Source: Actinophytocola sp. | Lineage (GTDB): Bacteria > Actinomycetota > Actinomycetes > Mycobacteriales > Pseudonocardiaceae | Reading direction: 5' to 3' | DNA length: 64,000 bases | Assembly: GCA_009377475.1 (NCBI GenBank) | Contig: WHTY01000015.1 | Location: 1,479 to 65,478 of the forward strand | Shown here: one piece after another, positions 59,378-64,000 of the stretch | Layout of the letters: each line of letters begins with the position of its first letter | How positions within the stretch are numbered: position 1 is the first letter of the stretch | Program-made: the position numbers and the translations under genes | The notes under the pieces: generated by a model | The model's input: only the letters and a program-made list of their open reading frames with translations | Told to the model about the DNA's origin: nothing | The model's database searches: none

Positions 59378-60727
59378 TCACCGGGCGTGCAGCTCCACCG
59401 GGTGGCCGTCCTTCGGGAACGGCAACGACGTGTAGTCCATCGGCGCCCGGTAGTCCGGCGGGACACCCCAGGTGAATCGCCGTAACAGGTGATGCATGAC
59501 CAGCTTGATCTCCACTGCGGAGAAGTGCATGCCGAGGCATTTGTGCACGCCGCCGCCGAATGGCTGCCAGGCGTACCGGTGAACCTTGTCCTCGCGGCGG
59601 TCCGACGCGAACCGGCCGGGGTCGAACCGCTCCGGCTCCGGCCAGTACTCGGGCATGTGGTGCGTGAAGATCGGTGTCGCGACGACGAACGAGCCCTTCG
59701 GCACGAAATACCCCAGCACCTCGGTGTCCTTGACGGCGTTCCGCGCCATCGTCGGCAACGGCGTCACCAACCGCATGGCCTCCTTCATCACCAGATCCAG
59801 TGACTCCAGCTGCCCCAGTTGGTCGTACGTCGGATAGGCGTCCAGCGCCAGCGACTCGTCCCGGCACTGCTGCTGCCACTCGGGATGCTGGCCGAGGTAG
59901 GACATCATCGTGGAGATCGTGATGGTCGACGTGTCGTGCGCCGCCATGAGCAGGAAGATCATGTGGTTGATGACGTCGTCGTCGCTGAACCGCTCGCCGT
60001 CGTCCGACTCGGCCTGACACAACGCGCTGAAGAGGTCGTCGCCGTCGCCCGCGCGCCGCGCGGGGAGGTACTGCCGCAGGAACGTCTCGAGCGCGGCCCG
60101 CCCTCGCAGGCCACGCCACCAGCGGCCGCCTGGCATCGGGAGCCGCACGATCGCCGTACCGGCTTGCACGCAGTCGATGAACGCCTTGTTCACCCGGTCG
60201 AGTTGCGTGCGCGTGGTGCCTTCCGCGCCGCCCATGAAGATGCTGGTCGCCAGGTCGAGCGTCAACGTCTTGGTCGCGGGATAGACACGGAAACCCTGCT
60301 GCGGTCGCCAGTCGGCCAGCCCCTCCTCGATCGCAAGGTTCAGTCCTTCGGCGTAGCGCGCGAGGCGTTGACTGGTGAACGCCTGCTGCATGATCCGCCG
60401 GTGCGCCATGTGCTCGTCGAAGTCGAGCAACATCAGTCCCCGGTCGAAGAACGGCCCGATCAGGTAACGCCAACTGTCGCCGTTGGCGAACGCGCGGTCG
60501 CGATTGGACAGCACCACGCCACAGGCGTCCGGGCCGAGCAGCGAAACGAACCGCGTGCCGAAGCCGCCGAACCACGACACCGGCCCGTACCGCTCGTACC
60601 GCTCCCGCCACATCGCTACCGGATCTCGCATGTAGCGAGCGGTGTAGCCGACGATCGGCAAGCCGGGGTTGCCGGGGATCGGCGCGAGGTCGCTGTGCGG
60701 CGGCGCTGGGGCGAGAACGGTGCCCAT
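59378..60727 (-). CDS. Cytochrome P450 monooxygenase
   Basis: 449 aa with the heme-binding loop FGGGVHKCLGMHFS and the ExxR motif (EAMR). GGGAGA lies upstream of the ATG. Confidence 0.9.
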   Translation of the reverse strand: MGTVLAPAPPHSDLAPIPGNPGLPIVGYTARYMRDPVAMWRERYERYGPVSWFGGFGTRFVSLLGPDACGVVLSNRDRAFANGDSWRYLIGPFFDRGLMLLDFDEHMAHRRIMQQAFTSQRLARYAEGLNLAIEEGLADWRPQQGFRVYPATKTLTLDLATSIFMGGAEGTTRTQLDRVNKAFIDCVQAGTAIVRLPMPGGRWWRGLRGRAALETFLRQYLPARRAGDGDDLFSALCQAESDDGERFSDDDVINHMIFLLMAAHDTSTITISTMMSYLGQHPEWQQQCRDESLALDAYPTYDQLGQLESLDLVMKEAMRLVTPLPTMARNAVKDTEVLGYFVPKGSFVVATPIFTHHMPEYWPEPERFDPGRFASDRREDKVHRYAWQPFGGGVHKCLGMHFSAVEIKLVMHHLLRRFTWGVPPDYRAPMDYTSLPFPKDGHPVELHAR

Positions 60728-60742
60728 CGACGTCTCCCAAAG

Positions 60743-60762
60743 TTGACAGGGTACTCTGTCAA
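60743..60762. promoter_or_regulatory. Palindromic operator candidate TTGACAG-GGTACT-CTGTCAA between the P450 and TetR genes
   Basis: It has 7-bp perfect arms. An extra CTGTCAA half-site at 60791..60797 lies just before the TetR ATG. Confidence 0.5.
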
Positions 60763-60798
60763 GAAAACAGCATCCGTCGCTGTTGGACGTCTGTCAAG

Positions 60799-61425
60799 AT
60801 GGGGGACGTGCCGACACCGACGCGCCCCTACCGCGGGGTCAGTGCGCGCGACCGCAAAGCGCAGCGCAGGGAACAGCTTCTCGACGCGGGTCTCGAACTG
60901 CTGGGTACGCAGGGTTGCGCGCGCACCACGATGACCGCCGTTTGTGTGACCGCGAAGCTCACCGAGCGCTACTTCTACGAGAGCTTCCGCAATCGAGACG
61001 AATTGCTGCTTGCCGTCATGGACCGGATCGCGGATCAGCTCCGCGACATCGTGCTCGACGCGCTGGAGCGGGCCGTCGGCGATCCCGCGGAGCGGGGGCG
61101 GGCGGCAATCGCGGCGTTTGTCGAGGTCATCGAGGGTGACCAGCGTATCGGCAGGGCGGCGCTGGTCGAGTCGGCCAGCACGGAGGTCTTGCGCCGACGG
61201 CGGCACCAGCTACTGCGGACGTTCGCGCAGCTCGTCGTCACCCAGGCGAGGGAACTCTATGGCGCGGACGCGCTGCCGTCGCCACGCGACGAGATCAACG
61301 CGCTGCTGTTCATCGGCGGGCTCGCGGAGTTGATCGTGGCGTGGCTGAACGGCGAGATCGACGCGACCGGCGACGACATCGTGGACGCCGCCGCGCACCA
61401 GTTCGCCACCAGCATGCACATGTGA
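60799..61425 (+). CDS. TetR/AcrR-family transcriptional regulator
   Basis: 208 aa with the HTH sequence GCARTTMTAVCVTAKLTERYFYESFRNRDELL. It is divergent from the P450 gene. Confidence 0.9.
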   Translation: MGDVPTPTRPYRGVSARDRKAQRREQLLDAGLELLGTQGCARTTMTAVCVTAKLTERYFYESFRNRDELLLAVMDRIADQLRDIVLDALERAVGDPAERGRAAIAAFVEVIEGDQRIGRAALVESASTEVLRRRRHQLLRTFAQLVVTQARELYGADALPSPRDEINALLFIGGLAELIVAWLNGEIDATGDDIVDAAAHQFATSMHM

Positions 61426-61441
61426 GGGCGTCACGAACGCA

Positions 61442-61609
61442 GGACACAGCGTCGGGAACGTCGGACACAACGGCGGGAGTGCAGGACACAGCGGCGTGAG
61501 CGTCGGACACAACGGCGGGAGTGCAGGACACAGCGGCGTGAGCGTCGGACACAACGGCGGGAGTGCAGGACACAGCGGCGTGAGCGTCGGACACGGCGCA
61601 ACGCGCGGG
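61442..61609 (-). repeat. 21-bp tandem repeat, 8 units organised as three perfect 42-bp super-units, locus F
   Basis: On the plus strand, ggacacaacggcgggagtgca and ggacacagcggcgtgagcgtc alternate perfectly three times across 61463..61588. Diverged units flank them at 61442 and 61589. The minus-strand reading is CGyyGTGTCC... The array begins 16 nt after the TetR stop and ends 19 nt before the PucR-type ATG. Confidence 0.95.
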
Positions 61610-61628
61610 CACCCTCTAGGCTCGCGGA

Positions 61629-62906
61629 ATGCGGGAGCGCGGTGGAGCACACGCGGACCGCTCGGACGTCGTCGCCGAGCGGATCGCCACGATCGCGGAC
61701 GTCCTCGCCGAGGAGTTCGGACCGCTGGCGCAGGCGCTGGCGGACCGGATTGCCAGCGAGATCGAACAGCTCGGTGACGACGAGCGGCTGATCCAGCTAC
61801 TCGGCGCGAGCGTGGCGGGCAACGTCGAGACCGTGCTGCATATGTTCCAGCACGGCATCGACATCGACCGGGTGGAAGTGCCGTCGGCCGCGGTGGAGTA
61901 CGCCCGCAGGCTCGCCCAGCACGGTGTCGCGGTGGACGCGATGATCAGGGCGTACCGGCTCGGGCAGGACTCCTTTCTGCAACGCGCGTTCGAGGAGCTG
62001 ACCGGCGACGATCCGGCGCTGCTCGCCGAGGTCGCGCAGCGGCTCACCGCGATCAGCTTCGCCTACATCGACCGGGTGTCGCAGCAGGTGCTCACCGTCT
62101 ACGAGGACGAGCGGGAGCGCTGGCTCGCCAACCGCAACGCGGCAAGAGCCGCGCGGATCAGGGAACTGCTCGACGAGAGCCACGTCGACGTCCTCCTCGC
62201 GGAGGAGACCCTGGGCTACCGGCTCCAGCGCCAGCGACACCTCGGCGTGGTCCTGTGGGCGGTGGAACGCGGTTCGCCGGTCAGCCAGATCTCGGTGCTC
62301 GAACGGTACTCCCGCACCCTTGCCGAGCACCTTGGCTGCGGGGCGCGGCCGCTGTTCGTGCCCACCGACGAGGCCGAAGGCTGGGCGTGGCTGCCGATCC
62401 ACCGCGACGCCCCTGAACCGACCGCCGACAGCCTCGCGCCAGCCGCGCGGGCGTGCGGCGACGACGTCAACATCGCCATCGGACGCCCTGGGCGCGGCGT
62501 GGACGGCTTCCGCAGCACCCACCAGCAGGCACGGCAGGCCCAGGCCGTCGCGGTGATCGCGGGCGGCGAGGCATCACTGACGCTGTTCCGCGACGTCGGG
62601 CCGGTCGCGCTGCTGTGCGCCGACCTGCCCGCCACCCGGGTGTGGGTGCAGGACACGCTCGGCCCGCTCGCCATCGACGACGGCCAGCACGCCAGGCTGC
62701 GCGAGACCCTGCGGGTGTTCCTGGCGGCCGGGTGCAGCTACCTCGCGGCGGCGTCGGCGTTGACGCTGCACAAGAACACGGTGCAATACCGGGTGCGGCG
62801 CGCGGAGCAGGAGCTGGGCAGGGGCGTCCGTGACGACGCGCTGTCCGTCGAGCTGGCGCTGCGCGCCTGCCACTGGTTCGGGGGCGCCGTGCTGCGGCAG
62901 CCCTGA
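61629..62906 (+). CDS. PucR/CdaR-family transcriptional regulator
   Basis: 425 aa with the C-terminal HTH LTLHKNTVQYRVRRAEQELG. The exact start is uncertain. Confidence 0.8.
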   Translation: MRERGGAHADRSDVVAERIATIADVLAEEFGPLAQALADRIASEIEQLGDDERLIQLLGASVAGNVETVLHMFQHGIDIDRVEVPSAAVEYARRLAQHGVAVDAMIRAYRLGQDSFLQRAFEELTGDDPALLAEVAQRLTAISFAYIDRVSQQVLTVYEDERERWLANRNAARAARIRELLDESHVDVLLAEETLGYRLQRQRHLGVVLWAVERGSPVSQISVLERYSRTLAEHLGCGARPLFVPTDEAEGWAWLPIHRDAPEPTADSLAPAARACGDDVNIAIGRPGRGVDGFRSTHQQARQAQAVAVIAGGEASLTLFRDVGPVALLCADLPATRVWVQDTLGPLAIDDGQHARLRETLRVFLAAGCSYLAAASALTLHKNTVQYRVRRAEQELGRGVRDDALSVELALRACHWFGGAVLRQP

Positions 62907-63036
62907 GCGGTTTGTGTCCGCGACCCGAATCCGCTGCCCGGCTTCGTTACAGCGACCCGTACCTCGTGCGGCTGGTGATTCCTACCGTCCTGTGGCAGAG
63001 ACGACGCCCCTGCACTGACGGAACCGGAGACACCCC

Positions 63037-64000
63037 ATGGGACTCATCGCACCCCGCGCGCCCGAGTTCGAGATCAGCGAATGGCGCCAACGGCCGCTGC
63101 TGCAACGGATCAAGCCCCTCGCGATCGAGTGGGCGCAGGACGGCTTCGGCTCGCCGGTCTCGGTCTACGTGGTCTACATCGTCAAGATGGCCGCGTACGT
63201 CGTCGGCGGCTTGGCGGCGATCGCGGCGACCACCCCCGGCCTCGGCTCGTGGACCGAGTTCGGCTCCTGGTGGACAGAGCCGATCGTCTACCAGAAGGTC
63301 ATTGTCTTCACGCTGCTGTTCGAAGTGCTCGGCTTCGGCTGCGCGTCCGGTCCGCTGACCTTCCGGTTCCTGCCGCCAGTCGGGGCGTTCCTGTACTGGT
63401 TGCGGCCGAACACGGTGCGGCTACCACCGTGGCCAGGCACGGTGCCGTTCACCGCTGGCACCCGGCGGTCCATAGTGGACGTCGTCCTGTACGCAGCCGT
63501 GATCGCGGCAGGCGTGTGGCTGCTCATGGCCCCTGGCAGCGGCACCGCGCCAGGCAGTGAACTCGGGTTGATCGAGCCGTCCCGGTTGATCCCGTTGGTT
63601 GTGCTGCTTCCGCTGCTCGGCCTGCGGGACAAGACGATCTTCCTCGCCGCCCGCGCCGAGCAGTACTGGGTGCCGCTGCTGATCTTCTTCTTTCCGTTCG
63701 GTGACATGATCATCGGGCTGAAGCTGCTGATGGTGGCGATCTGGTGGGGCGCGGCGACGTCGAAGCTGAACCGGCACTTCCCGTTCGTCGTCTCCGTGAT
63801 GATCAGCAACAGCCCGCTGCAACGCGTCAAGTGGATCAAGCGGAAGCTGTTCAAGCGCTACCCGGATGACATCCGACCGTCGAAGCTGGCCGCGACGGCC
63901 GCGCACACCGGCACCGTGATCGAGTACAGCATCCCGCTGCTGCTGCTGCTCTCCGATGGCGGCATCACCACGACGATCGGCCTGATCATCATGGTGATCT
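63037..64000 (+). CDS. Polytopic membrane protein, DUF3556-like (partial, continues beyond the window end)
   Basis: This ORF is absent from the track because it has no stop codon in the window. ATG at 63037 with GGAGA 6 nt upstream. The product begins MGLIAPRAPEFEISEWRQRPLLQRIKPLAIEWAQDGFGSPVSVYVVYIVK and has several TM helices and high GC3. Confidence 0.7.
   Translation, partial: MGLIAPRAPEFEISEWRQRPLLQRIKPLAIEWAQDGFGSPVSVYVVYIVKMAAYVVGGLAAIAATTPGLGSWTEFGSWWTEPIVYQKVIVFTLLFEVLGFGCASGPLTFRFLPPVGAFLYWLRPNTVRLPPWPGTVPFTAGTRRSIVDVVLYAAVIAAGVWLLMAPGSGTAPGSELGLIEPSRLIPLVVLLPLLGLRDKTIFLAARAEQYWVPLLIFFFPFGDMIIGLKLLMVAIWWGAATSKLNRHFPFVVSVMISNSPLQRVKWIKRKLFKRYPDDIRPSKLAATAAHTGTVIEYSIPLLLLLSDGGITTTIGLIIMVI

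Noticed and set aside
61442-61609. Possible CRISPR array, given the regular short repeats.
   Set aside because: There are no unique spacers. The array is purely two alternating 21-bp units that are themselves related. No cas genes are present in the window, and the same module occurs as small arrays at several other loci.
1-64000. Prophage, integrative element, transposon or toxin-antitoxin content.
   Set aside because: I recognised no integrase, transposase, recombinase, phage structural gene or typical TA pair in any frame. The only compositional anomaly is the single-gene low-GC islet at about 53952..55143.

Overview
This is a GC-rich window (roughly 70% by eye, not computed) with strong GC3 codon bias, typical of a high-GC actinobacterial chromosome. 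I support about 60 CDS. I see no rRNA, tRNA, cas genes, transposase, integrase or phage genes.

Gene blocks, in order:
1. A TetR regulator divergent from an operon of two acyl-CoA dehydrogenases, an alpha/beta hydrolase and a quinone oxidoreductase.
2. A PucR regulator divergent from a DesA3-type membrane desaturase and its reductase.
3. An envelope glycosylation locus: GT-C membrane transferase, SQD1-like UDP-sulfoquinovose synthase, GtrA, GT2 and an epimerase.
4. A compact four-gene operon: two Esx-like helical-hairpin proteins, a soluble triple-FtsK/SpoIIIE-domain ATPase, and a 130-aa helical protein. No membrane partners are present. This is my best candidate for an undescribed system.
5. 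A cupin, a cold-shock protein and a PfkB sugar kinase.
6. A large agmatine/putrescine uptake and catabolism supercluster.
7. Quinate/shikimate uptake (TRAP transporter) and conversion to protocatechuate, followed by a complete protocatechuate beta-ketoadipate operon (pcaIJFHGBDC, pcaR).
8. Secreted hydrolases and a small low-GC islet.
9. A TetR-P450-TetR unit.
10. A PucR regulator followed by a DUF3556-like membrane protein that runs off the window end.

Two intergenic repeat families lie across this gene map and no gene model explains them. The first is a 21-bp-period tandem repeat with the core CGCCGTGTCC, present at five intergenic loci and often abutting stop codons or TetR/PucR genes. The second is an 85-bp palindromic element bounded by GTTGATCAAC, with two intact and two degenerate copies.

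All calls come from reading the translations and the DNA. No database search was run. Many long ORFs in the supplied track are antisense shadows of real genes.
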